NCBI GenBank assembly: GCA_036846385.1 | Contig: DAIUCB010000001.1 | Location: 1-47,969, forward strand | DNA length: 47,969 nucleotides | Direction: 5' to 3' | Source of the DNA: Bacillota bacterium | GTDB taxonomy: Bacteria > Bacillota > Clostridia > Tissierellales > Sedimentibacteraceae | Part shown: positions 39,239 through 47,969 of the stretch, piece after piece | How the letters are laid out: each line of letters starts with the position of its first letter | Position numbering within the stretch: position 1 is the first letter of the stretch | Position numbers and translations under genes: made by a program | The notes under the pieces: generated by a model | The model's input: only the letters and a program-made list of their open reading frames with translations | Told to the model about the DNA's origin: nothing | Databases searched by the model: none

Positions 39239-41467
39239 ATGAAAAAACAATGGTATAATTTTAAAGAAGGAAATTGGACAGCAGATGTCGATGTAAGAAG
39301 CTTTATTCAAGAAAACTATAAGCCCTATGAAGGTGACGAAGAATTTTTAAGCAAGCCTACAATCAGAACTCAAAAATTATTTGATAAGGCTTTAAAATTA
39401 ATGAAAACTGAATTGGAAAAGGAAGTGCTGGATGTTGATACTGAGCATATTTCCGGTATAGATAGCTTTGAAGCAGGATATTTAGATAAGGAAAATGAAA
39501 TTATAGTAGGCTTTCAGACAGATGCGCCGCTAAAAAGAATGATGAATCCATACGGAGGAATCAGAATGGTGGAAGCATCCCTTGAATCCTATGGCTACCA
39601 TATGTCTAAGGAACTGAATGAGGTATTTCATAAATACAGAAAGACACACAATGAAGGAGTTTTTGACGTATACACTCCTGAAATGAAAATGGCGAGAAGT
39701 GTCGGTCTGATTACCGGACTGCCTGATGCATACGGCAGAGGGAGAATTATAGGAGATTTCAGAAGAGTCGCACTTTACGGAACTGATTTTTTGATATCGA
39801 AAAAGCAGGAGGAATACAACAGCATTGTTTTGCCTATGACGGAAGAAAATATCAGAGCCAGAGAAGAAATTAAGGAACAAATAAAAGCATTGAAGGCTAT
39901 GAAAAATATGGCAGCTAAATACGGAATTGATATTTCAGAGCCGTCAGGCAGCACATCAGAAGCAGTACAGGCAATTTATTTCGGATATTTAGCCGGAGTA
40001 AAGGAAAATAACGGTGCTGCAATGTCTCTGGGAAGGGTAAGTACCTTTATAGATATCTATATTGAAAGAGATATAAATAATAATTTAATTACTGAAGATG
40101 AGGCTCAGGAGATAATAGACCAATTTGTGCTGAAGCTTAGAATGGTTCGTCACCTGAGAACACCTGAATATAATGAACTGTTTGCGGGAGATCCGAACTG
40201 GGTAACGGAAGCGCTGGGCGGTATGGGACAGGACGGAAGGACTCTGGTTACAAAAACAAGCTTTAGATTTATGCATACATTAACTAATCTGTCATCAGCT
40301 CCTGAACCAAACATGACTGTGTTATGGTCAAACAGCCTGCCTGAAAGCTTTAAGAAATATTGTGCTAAAATGTCAATAGAAACTTCAGCTATTCAATATG
40401 AAAATGATGATATAATGAGACCGATTTACGGAGATGATTACGGAATAGCCTGCTGCGTATCTGCAATGAGAATAGGAAAGGATATGCAATTTTTCGGGGC
40501 AAGATGCAATTTGGCAAAATCACTTTTAATGGCTATTAACGGCGGTATAGATGAAATTTCAAAGTCAAAGGTAATAAGCAATATAGGTAAAATTAAAGCT
40601 GAAACACTTAAATATGATGATGTATTTAATAATTTCAAAAAGGTTTTAGAGTATGTTGCAGAGCTGTATGTAAATACTATGAATGTAATTCATTATATGC
40701 ATGATAAATATGCATACGAAGCGGGACTTATGGCATTGCATGATTATAATGTGGGCAGGCTTATGGCTTTCGGTGTAGCAGGAATATCTATAGTGGCAGA
40801 TTCACTCAGTGCTATAAAATATGCCAAGGTTAAGCCAATCTATGATGAGGACGGAATAGCCGTTGACTTTAATATAGAGGGAGAATATCCGATGTATGGC
40901 AATGATGATGACAGAGTAGACCTTATTGCCGAGGAAATATTGGAGGTATTTTCATCTGAGCTTAAAAAGCATACTACCTACAGAAATGCACGACATACAC
41001 TTTCGGTACTGACTATAACTTCAAATGTGGTTTACGGTAAAAAAACAGGAGCAACTCCCGACGGCAGGAAAGCAGGGGAGCCTTTTGCACCGGGAGCCAA
41101 TCCGATGAACGGCAGGGACAAAAGCGGAATACTTGCATCATTGAATTCTGTTGCCAAGCTTAAGTATGAAAATATATGTGAAGATGGGATATCGAACACA
41201 TTTACCGTTATACCGGACACTCTGGGCAAGCTTGACAGACACAGAACCGACAATCTTGTTAATATATTGGACGGATATTTCGTACAAAAAGCCCACCATA
41301 TCAATGTAAATGTAATGAACAGAGATACACTTTACGATGCTATGGAAAACCCCGACAAATATCCTAACCTGACAATACGAGTATCAGGCTATGCAGTTAA
41401 TTTCAACAGATTGACAAGAGAACAGCAGTTAGATGTAATAAGCAGAACCTTCCATGAAAGGATGTAA
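39239..41467 (+). CDS. pflB: Pyruvate formate-lyase (formate C-acetyltransferase)
   Basis: [20 protein letters not shown] active-site Cys pair, IRVSGYAV glycyl-radical motif. Confidence 0.97.
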   Translation: MKKQWYNFKEGNWTADVDVRSFIQENYKPYEGDEEFLSKPTIRTQKLFDKALKLMKTELEKEVLDVDTEHISGIDSFEAGYLDKENEIIVGFQTDAPLKRMMNPYGGIRMVEASLESYGYHMSKELNEVFHKYRKTHNEGVFDVYTPEMKMARSVGLITGLPDAYGRGRIIGDFRRVALYGTDFLISKKQEEYNSIVLPMTEENIRAREEIKEQIKALKAMKNMAAKYGIDISEPSGSTSEAVQAIYFGYLAGVKENNGAAMSLGRVSTFIDIYIERDINNNLITEDEAQEIIDQFVLKLRMVRHLRTPEYNELFAGDPNWVTEALGGMGQDGRTLVTKTSFRFMHTLTNLSSAPEPNMTVLWSNSLPESFKKYCAKMSIETSAIQYENDDIMRPIYGDDYGIACCVSAMRIGKDMQFFGARCNLAKSLLMAINGGIDEISKSKVISNIGKIKAETLKYDDVFNNFKKVLEYVAELYVNTMNVIHYMHDKYAYEAGLMALHDYNVGRLMAFGVAGISIVADSLSAIKYAKVKPIYDEDGIAVDFNIEGEYPMYGNDDDRVDLIAEEILEVFSSELKKHTTYRNARHTLSVLTITSNVVYGKKTGATPDGRKAGEPFAPGANPMNGRDKSGILASLNSVAKLKYENICEDGISNTFTVIPDTLGKLDRHRTDNLVNILDGYFVQKAHHINVNVMNRDTLYDAMENPDKYPNLTIRVSGYAVNFNRLTREQQLDVISRTFHERM

Positions 41468-42201
41468 TGTCCGGTATGGTAAAGGGTAATGTACACTCAA
41501 TAGAAACCTTGGGGACGCTGGACGGACCGGGAATCAGGATGGTGGTGTTTTTGCAGGGCTGTGAACTGAGATGTTTGTATTGTCATAATCCTGATACATG
41601 GGCAACATCGGGAGGAACTATATACAGTACTGATGAAATAGTAAATAAGGCTAAAAGATTCAAGCCTTATTTTGAATTCAATAACGGAGGGGTGACCTTT
41701 TCCGGAGGAGAACCACTGAGACAGCCAAAGTTTTTGCTTGAATGCCTAAAGGGCTGTAAAGATGAGGGGATTCATACGGTAGTAGATACATCGGGAGTCG
41801 GTTTTGGCAGCTATGACGAGATATTAAGATATACCGATTTGGTCATTCTGGACATAAAGCACTCAAATCCTAATAAATACAAGAAAATTACCGGACTTGA
41901 CATAAGCGGCTATTACGATTTTAAAAATGCCATAATAAAAAATAAAAAAAATATATGGATAAAGCAGGTTGTAACACCCGGTATCAATGATACGTGTGAC
42001 GATATGTCGGAATTTGAGAAGGAAGTCAATACCTTTCCTCAAGATATCATTCAAAAGGTTGAGCTATTGCCTTATCACACTCTGGGTGTATATAAATATC
42101 ACGAGCTGGGAATAAGCTACAGGCTCGAAGATGTACCTCCGTTATCATCAGAAAGGCTGAATGAATTAAAGGGTTGTCTTAATATAGAAAAGCTAGTATG
42201 A
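41467..42201 (+). CDS. pflA: PFL-activating enzyme (radical SAM)
   Basis: DGPGIR, GCELRCLYCHNPD, SGGEP, ELLPYH. Confidence 0.96.
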   Translation: MSGMVKGNVHSIETLGTLDGPGIRMVVFLQGCELRCLYCHNPDTWATSGGTIYSTDEIVNKAKRFKPYFEFNNGGVTFSGGEPLRQPKFLLECLKGCKDEGIHTVVDTSGVGFGSYDEILRYTDLVILDIKHSNPNKYKKITGLDISGYYDFKNAIIKNKKNIWIKQVVTPGINDTCDDMSEFEKEVNTFPQDIIQKVELLPYHTLGVYKYHELGISYRLEDVPPLSSERLNELKGCLNIEKLV

Positions 42202-42249
42202 TAGAATTATCGTAAAACTAATAATATTATATAGCAATAGGAGAAGGTT

Positions 42250-42720
42250 ATGTCTATCGAGAAGGTAAGAGAATATTTTAAAAAATTTGATAAGGAAAAT
42301 AGCATCCTGGAAATGGATGAATCTACGGCTACCGTAGAATTGGCAGCATTGGCCTTGGACACTGAAGAGGCAAGAATTGCCAAATCCTTATCTTTTTATG
42401 GCGGTGACAGCGCTATGGTAATAGTGACAGCCGGTGATGCAAAAATTGATAATAAAAAATTTAAAGAGGAATTTGGCGTAAAGGCTAAAATGCTGTCTCC
42501 GGAGGATGCGGTTAAATTTACCGGACATCATGTAGGAGGTGTATGCCCCTTTGCGTTGCCGGATAATGTTAAGGTATATTTGGATGAATCAATGAAAAGA
42601 TTTGAAACGATGTTCCCTGCATGCGGAAGCAGCAATTCTGCAATCGAATTAACATTACCGGAGCTGGAGAAATATTCACGCAATATAAAGTGGATAGATG
42701 TATGTAAGGGTTGGATGTAG
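42250..42720 (+). CDS. YbaK/EbsC-family aminoacyl-tRNA editing domain protein
   Basis: TATVELAA, IAKSL, TGH.VGGVCPF, PACGS. Confidence 0.9.
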   Translation: MSIEKVREYFKKFDKENSILEMDESTATVELAALALDTEEARIAKSLSFYGGDSAMVIVTAGDAKIDNKKFKEEFGVKAKMLSPEDAVKFTGHHVGGVCPFALPDNVKVYLDESMKRFETMFPACGSSNSAIELTLPELEKYSRNIKWIDVCKGWM

Positions 42721-42739
42721 CTATACAATAATAATGTAA

Positions 42740-42771
42740 TTGCTTAGGGGGATTGTATCCCCCTGAAGCAA
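42740..42771. terminator. Bidirectional terminator
   Basis: TTGCTT-AGGGGGAT-TGT-ATCCCCCT-GAAGCAA. Confidence 0.75.
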
Positions 42772-42774
42772 AAG

Positions 42775-43710
42775 CTATGCAACAGTGTTTTTATCAGACA
42801 ATACAATTTCCTCAATTCTATTTGATTTGTCTCTTTGTATTAAGAATACGGAGGCTATGATAATAATCATTCCGATTACCTTGCCTGAAGTAATAGGTTC
42901 ATTAAGCACAGCCGCTCCGAGTATCAGGGCAACTACAGGGTTAACATATGCATATGTTGCCACTCTTGAAGATTTCCAAATTTTTAATAAATATATATAA
43001 GAAATAAAGCCTATCAGAGAATCGAATATTGCAAGATAAAATACAGGTATCAATGCTTTTAGTGTTATGTTTGTCAATACAAAATCACCTGACAGCTTTC
43101 CTACCAAGAAAAATAAAAAAGCGGAAAATAAACCTTCTGCGGCAGTTTGCGCAATAATAGAGCCTTCTACAGCATTATTTTTGGAATAAACAGAACCTGC
43201 AGACCAAGATATTGCACCGAGGAGTGAAAATATGATTCCTTTAAAATCAGCCTTAATTGATGCAGTGCCGTATAAAACCATAATTATTATTCCTGCAAAA
43301 CCTCCGATTAATCCGATTATGCCATTTTTACCTATGGAGCAGCTTCTGACAATAAAGCATTCAATAATAGTTGTAAATATTGGGACTGTAGCTATAACTA
43401 CTGTAACCATACCGCTGTCGGCATATTTATTACCCAAAGCTATAAAGCCGACTGTAAAAAAAATCATTAAAACAGATATTGTTATTAGCTTTTTCCACTC
43501 ATGTGAGCCTTTGGGGAATTCATGCCTGAATAATACGGCTATTGATAAAAGAGTTAAGCCTGTGATAATATACCTGATGCAGGCAAAAACTGATGTGTTT
43601 ATACCGCTTAAGGCTATTTTAGCAACAACATTGCTTGTTCCCCATAATATGCAAATATTGAAATAAGCAATATAAGGTTTAGCTTTATTTATAAAATTTT
43701 GATTTTTCAT
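42775..43710 (-). CDS. EamA/DMT-family transporter
   Basis: ILWG, two hydrophobic repeats, AYVNPVVALILG...LNE. Confidence 0.9.
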   Translation of the reverse strand: MKNQNFINKAKPYIAYFNICILWGTSNVVAKIALSGINTSVFACIRYIITGLTLLSIAVLFRHEFPKGSHEWKKLITISVLMIFFTVGFIALGNKYADSGMVTVVIATVPIFTTIIECFIVRSCSIGKNGIIGLIGGFAGIIIMVLYGTASIKADFKGIIFSLLGAISWSAGSVYSKNNAVEGSIIAQTAAEGLFSAFLFFLVGKLSGDFVLTNITLKALIPVFYLAIFDSLIGFISYIYLLKIWKSSRVATYAYVNPVVALILGAAVLNEPITSGKVIGMIIIIASVFLIQRDKSNRIEEIVLSDKNTVA

Positions 43711-43926
43711 ATAACGCTCCGATTTATTATGTAAATTATTTAATGCAATTGACTAATCATTTATAGAATATAGAAAAATGAATATAAGCATTATCGAATG
43801 AATTCACTAAATATATTTTGTAAAGTAATACTTAATTACTTTAACAGATATTATTCAATAATTCAACAAAATAAATATAAGTAAATAATGTATTAAAAAA
43901 TAATATTAAAATTTTTATTTATAATA

Positions 43927-43989
43927 TTGACAAAAGCAGTAATACATTATATTATAATACATATAATTCATATAAGAATACTATGAAAT
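43927..43989 (+). promoter_or_regulatory. cysK promoter with a putative Rrf2-family operator
   Basis: TTGACA-17-TATTAT, followed by the palindrome TTCATA-N9-TATGAA just upstream of the RBS. Confidence 0.5.
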
Positions 43990-44006
43990 GAAAAGGAGAT
44001 CCTATT

Positions 44007-44939
44007 ATGGCAAATATTTATAAAAGTATAACTGATCTTATCGGTAATACGCCTTTATTAGAACTGACTAACTATACAAAAAACAACAATTTAAATGCCA
44101 AAATAATTGCAAAGCTTGAATATTTTAATCCTGCGGGAAGTGTAAAGGACAGAATAGCATATGCAATGATTAAAGATGCTGAAGAAAAAGGCTTGTTAAA
44201 GGAAGGCTCAGTAATAATAGAGCCTACAAGCGGCAATACAGGTATCGGCTTGTCAAGCATCGCTGCCGCAAAGGGCTATAAGGCTATCCTGACAATGCCT
44301 GAGACAATGAGTGTGGAAAGAAGAAATCTACTTAAGGCATATGGAGCAGAGGTTGTATTAACAGACGGTACTAAGGGAATGAAGGGTGCTATTGAAAAAG
44401 CAAAGGAGCTTGCCGAGGAAATACCTAATTCATTTATACCTGCTCAATTTGATAATCCGTCTAATCCCGCAGTGCATTATTCAACTACAGGTCCTGAAAT
44501 TTGGAGAGATACTGACGGTAAAGTTGATATCTTTGTTGCAGGTATAGGTACCGGAGGAACTATTTCCGGCACGGGAAAATATTTAAAGGAAAAAAATCCG
44601 GATATAAAAATAATTGCAGTTGAGCCGGCAGCATCACCCGTTCTTTCAAGAGGCACTGCAGGTGCCCATAAAATTCAGGGTATAGGAGCAGGCTTTGTAC
44701 CTAAAACTCTGGATACGGACATATACGATGAAATAATTGCGGTTGAAAATGAAGCTGCGTTTGCTGCAGGCAGAGAAATAGTGAAGTCTGAAGGTGTATT
44801 AGTGGGAATATCCTCAGGCGCAGCCTTATGGGCGGCAGCCGAGCTGGCAAAGAGACCGGAAAATGAAGGCAAAACTATAGTTGTGATATTGCCTGATACA
44901 GGAGAAAGATATTTATCAACAGCATTATTTTCTGAGTAA
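44007..44939 (+). CDS. cysK: Cysteine synthase A
   Basis: [12 protein letters not shown] lysine, [32 protein letters not shown]. Confidence 0.96.
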   Translation: MANIYKSITDLIGNTPLLELTNYTKNNNLNAKIIAKLEYFNPAGSVKDRIAYAMIKDAEEKGLLKEGSVIIEPTSGNTGIGLSSIAAAKGYKAILTMPETMSVERRNLLKAYGAEVVLTDGTKGMKGAIEKAKELAEEIPNSFIPAQFDNPSNPAVHYSTTGPEIWRDTDGKVDIFVAGIGTGGTISGTGKYLKEKNPDIKIIAVEPAASPVLSRGTAGAHKIQGIGAGFVPKTLDTDIYDEIIAVENEAAFAAGREIVKSEGVLVGISSGAALWAAAELAKRPENEGKTIVVILPDTGERYLSTALFSE

Positions 44940-45046
44940 TATATGACTAAATATAATCAGTTATAGATAAAAATAAAAAATATTTCAATTTCATCTTGAC
45001 ATATTAATAGATATAGTATAAAGTAGTCAATAACAATTTAATAATT

Positions 45047-45154
45047 ACTTCTTATCAAGAGAGATTGAGGGAACGGCCCTGTGAAATCTCGGCAACCTAC
45101 AGATATACTGAAAGGTGCTAAGTCCGACAAAGATTTTCTTTGGAAGATGAGGAG
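45047..45154 (+). ncRNA. SAM-I (S-box) riboswitch
   Basis: CTTATCAAGAG..TGAGGGA..GGCCC.GTGAA..CGGCAACC...GGTGCTAA.TCC...GAAGATGAG; TTGACA promoter at 44996. Confidence 0.93.
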
Positions 45155-45169
45155 ACGGTTTTAAAAATT

Positions 45170-45198
45170 ACCCTCTCTTCGTAGAGGGTTTTATATTT
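45170..45198 (+). terminator. Expression-platform terminator of the SAM riboswitch
   Basis: ACCCTCT-CTTCGT-AGAGGGT-TTTATATTT; the left arm can pair alternatively with the P1 3' strand. Confidence 0.8.
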
Positions 45199-45244
45199 TA
45201 AGGATTTAATTTTTTAATTAATATTGCAGATAGAGAGGGATTAT

Positions 45245-46003
45245 ATGCTGAACGAATTTTCAAGAACAGAATTATTGTTGGGTAAGGAAGCGATGAATAT
45301 ACTTAAAAAATCAAAGGTAGCGATATTCGGGCTGGGAGGAGTAGGATCCTATGTTGCAGAAGCTCTGGCTCGGAGCGGTGTAGGCAGATTTGCACTGTTC
45401 GATGATGACAAGGTATGCTTGACAAATATAAACAGGCAGCTTATAGCAACCAGAAAAACAATAGGCAGGAAAAAGGTTGAGGTAATGGCAGAAAGAATTT
45501 TGGATATAAATCCTGATGCCGATATAGAAATTAATGCTTGCTTTTACATGCCGGACAATGCAAATCAGTATGATTTTTCAGACTATGATTATATAGTTGA
45601 TGCAGTGGATACGGTTACGGCAAAAATAGAATTAATTGTGAGAGCAAATGAAAAAAACATTCCCGTTATAAGCTCAATGGGGGCAGGAAACAAGCTGGAT
45701 CCTACTAAATTTGAAGTAGCGGATATATTTAAAACCTCTGTGTGCCCTTTGGCAAAGGTCATGAGGCATGAATTGAAAAAGCGCGGAATTAAAAGCTTGA
45801 AGGTTGTTTACTCAAAGGAAGCACCTATTAAACCAATTGGCGATGAGGAGTCCGGCAGCTGCAAAACAGGCTGTGTCTGCCAAACCGATACTGTCAGAAA
45901 ATGCTCTGACAGAAGAGCAATACCCGGGAGCATTTCATTCGTTCCGTCTGTTGCAGGTTTAATAATAGCGGGAGAGGTTGTAAAGGATATTATAAGGCGG
46001 TGA
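45245..46003 (+). CDS. tcdA: ThiF-family tRNA threonylcarbamoyladenosine dehydratase-like protein
   Basis: FSRTELL.G, GLGGVGS, TNINRQ, DAVD...K, SSMGAGNKLDP, CPLAKVMR, VVYSKE, PGSISFVP. Confidence 0.88.
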   Translation: MLNEFSRTELLLGKEAMNILKKSKVAIFGLGGVGSYVAEALARSGVGRFALFDDDKVCLTNINRQLIATRKTIGRKKVEVMAERILDINPDADIEINACFYMPDNANQYDFSDYDYIVDAVDTVTAKIELIVRANEKNIPVISSMGAGNKLDPTKFEVADIFKTSVCPLAKVMRHELKKRGIKSLKVVYSKEAPIKPIGDEESGSCKTGCVCQTDTVRKCSDRRAIPGSISFVPSVAGLIIAGEVVKDIIRR

Positions 46004-46007
46004 TTTT

Positions 46008-46442
46008 ATGAAGATATCAACAAAGGGGCGATATGCCCTAAGATTAATGCTTGATTTGGCAACAAACAATACGGGAGAATTTATAAAGATAAAAAATATA
46101 TCGGAAAGACAGAAAATATCTGAAAAATATCTTGAGCAAATTGTTACGGTATTGAGTAAGGCAGGCTATTTAAAAAGTATACGCGGAGCACAGGGAGGAT
46201 ATAAGCTTGCATATTCACCTGAAGCATACACAGTCGGCATGATACTCAGAGCAACTGAAGGAAGCTTGGCACCGGTTGCATGTCTGGAGGATGAAAGCGA
46301 ATGTGACAGAAATGATGAATGTGTAACTATTGAGGTTTGGAAACAGCTTGATGCTGCAATTAAAGGAGTTGTCGACAGAATAACGCTGGCGGATTTGGTT
46401 GATTGGCAGTTAAAAAAAATAAATAATAATTATTATATTTAA
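46008..46442 (+). CDS. Rrf2-family transcriptional regulator (three-Cys, IscR/CymR-like)
   Basis: MKISTKGRYAL, YLEQI, SIRGAQGGY, C-x6-C-x5-C. Confidence 0.93.
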   Translation: MKISTKGRYALRLMLDLATNNTGEFIKIKNISERQKISEKYLEQIVTVLSKAGYLKSIRGAQGGYKLAYSPEAYTVGMILRATEGSLAPVACLEDESECDRNDECVTIEVWKQLDAAIKGVVDRITLADLVDWQLKKINNNYYI

Positions 46443-46529
46443 ATCAGGCAAAGCCGTATTGAGCTCAATGGACGATAAGCTTATGAAACAGCAGATTATC
46501 TGCTGATTGGCTGAAATAATGAAAGGCAG

Positions 46530-47549
46530 GTGGTGAAAATCAAACCATTAATACAAATTAATAATTTAGAAAAAGAATATATAAGTAAAAATGAAAAAAT
46601 CACAGCATTAAGCGGAATAAATTTAAGTATAGATGCAGGGGATGTATATGGAATTATAGGAATGAGCGGTGCAGGTAAAAGTACATTGGTAAGGTGCATT
46701 AATTACTTGGAAAAGCCTACAAAAGGCTCCGTTATTATAGATAATAAGGATTTATCCAAATTGACAGAAAAGGAACTGAGAAAAACCAGGCAAAATATCG
46801 GTATGATATTTCAGCAATTCAATTTGCTGATGCAGAGGAATGTAGAGGAGAATATTTGTTTTCCGATGGAAATAAGCGGAATAAGTAAAAAAGAAGCAAT
46901 AAAAAGAGCACAGGAGCTATTGGAGCTTGTAGGACTTAGCGAAAAAAGAAAATCATATCCGTCACAGCTCAGCGGAGGACAAAAGCAGAGAGTTGCCATT
47001 GCAAGAGCCTTATCGACAAATCCGAAAATACTGCTTTGTGATGAAGCAACGAGTGCTCTGGATCCAACAACGACACGTTCAATTTTATCTTTATTAAAGG
47101 ATATAAATAAGCAGCTGGGAATCACAATTGTAATAATTACTCATGAAATGGCAGTAGTGGAGGAGGTTTGCAATTATGTTGCGATAGTAGACGGAGGTTG
47201 CTTGGCAGAACAGGGAATGGTTGAGGAGGTTTTTTCAAATCCAAAAACTGATGCGGCTAAAAAGCTGGTATATCATAAAAACTCCGCAGTATCGGAAATG
47301 AAGAGCAAAAGATGTATAAGAATTGTCTTTGACGGAAAATCATCCTTTGAGCCGGTTATTGCAAATATGGTGCTTGAATGCAGAGCTCAGGTAAACATAT
47401 TGTTTGCCGATACAAGAGATATCAACGGCAAGGCCTTTGGACAAATGGTGCTGCAGCTGCCGGAGGATGACATGCTTGCACAGAAGATAATATATTATTT
47501 AAAGGACAGACATATTGTGGTTGAGGAGCTGAAAAACTATGTTGACTGA
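46530..47549 (+). CDS. metN: Methionine ABC transporter ATP-binding protein
   Basis: GMSGAGKS, LSGGQKQR, LCDEATSALDP, C-terminal NIL domain. Confidence 0.93.
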   Translation: MVKIKPLIQINNLEKEYISKNEKITALSGINLSIDAGDVYGIIGMSGAGKSTLVRCINYLEKPTKGSVIIDNKDLSKLTEKELRKTRQNIGMIFQQFNLLMQRNVEENICFPMEISGISKKEAIKRAQELLELVGLSEKRKSYPSQLSGGQKQRVAIARALSTNPKILLCDEATSALDPTTTRSILSLLKDINKQLGITIVIITHEMAVVEEVCNYVAIVDGGCLAEQGMVEEVFSNPKTDAAKKLVYHKNSAVSEMKSKRCIRIVFDGKSSFEPVIANMVLECRAQVNILFADTRDINGKAFGQMVLQLPEDDMLAQKIIYYLKDRHIVVEELKNYVD

Positions 47550-47969
47550 TGAAACTATAAAAGTTATATATTCTATAATAAACGGAACCTTTGAAACACT
47601 TTATATGACATTAGTAGCTGCTTTTTTTGCATATTTGCTTGCTTTCCCCCTTGGGATAGCATTAGTTATAACAAAAAAAGACGGTCTTTATCCTATGGGG
47701 GTATTAAACAGAATATTAGATGTAATTGTTAATATCGGACGTTCAATTCCATTTTTGATATTGCTGATTGCAGTGATGCCGATTACTACATTTATTGTCG
47801 GCAAAAGCTACGGTTCTACTGCTACAATAGTACCTCTGGTCATAGCGGCTACTCCCTTCATAGCCAGATTAATCGAATCATCTCTGCAGGAGGTAGACAA
47901 GGGAGTAATAGAAGCAGCTCAAAGCATGGGAGCATCTATATATACTATTGTCATAAAGGTTCTGATTCC
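47539..47969 (+). CDS. metI: Methionine ABC transporter permease (partial; runs off the window)
   Basis: My translation reads MLTDETIK...ETLYM...VNIGRSIPFLILL...PFIARLIESSLQEVDKGVIEAAQSMGAS; overlaps the metN stop. Confidence 0.92.
   Translation, partial: MLTDETIKVIYSIINGTFETLYMTLVAAFFAYLLAFPLGIALVITKKDGLYPMGVLNRILDVIVNIGRSIPFLILLIAVMPITTFIVGKSYGSTATIVPLVIAATPFIARLIESSLQEVDKGVIEAAQSMGASIYTIVIKVLI

Overview
AT-rich chromosomal segment of an anaerobic Firmicute (Clostridia/Tissierellia-like; inferred from gene content, sigmaA promoters and riboswitch set). I see no rRNA, tRNA, CRISPR array, prophage or transposase. In order, the window holds: the 3' end of a beta-propeller-type gene; a sigma54 activator divergent from a -24/-12 promoter that drives a single short-chain CHR transporter, a Dpp/Opp ABC system and a cytoplasmic GGT-family hydrolase; yfbR, a SWIM-SNF2 helicase, DUF3343 and a ZIP transporter; sua5-ywlE-rpiB-tagO-wecB; a CheY-CheC-PAS/GGDEF operon under a c-di-GMP-II riboswitch; acpP-fabKDGFZ; a nine-gene Na+-type V/A-ATPase operon whose catalytic A subunit has an in-frame TAA; a FabX-like Fe-S flavoprotein that shares an operator with the fab operon; two ECF S-components; ZTP riboswitch-pflBA; YbaK, EamA and cysK; and a SAM-I riboswitch heading tcdA-Rrf2-metNI. 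The best leads are (1) an apparent c-di-GMP positive-feedback module with no kinase, (2) SAM riboswitch control of TcdA and an Fe-S Rrf2 regulator, (3) the sigma54 CHR-Dpp-GGT catabolic operon, (4) the FabX-like gene in the fatty-acid regulon and (5) two nonsense codons that each look like a G>T change. Family calls come from motifs read by eye; no searches were run.
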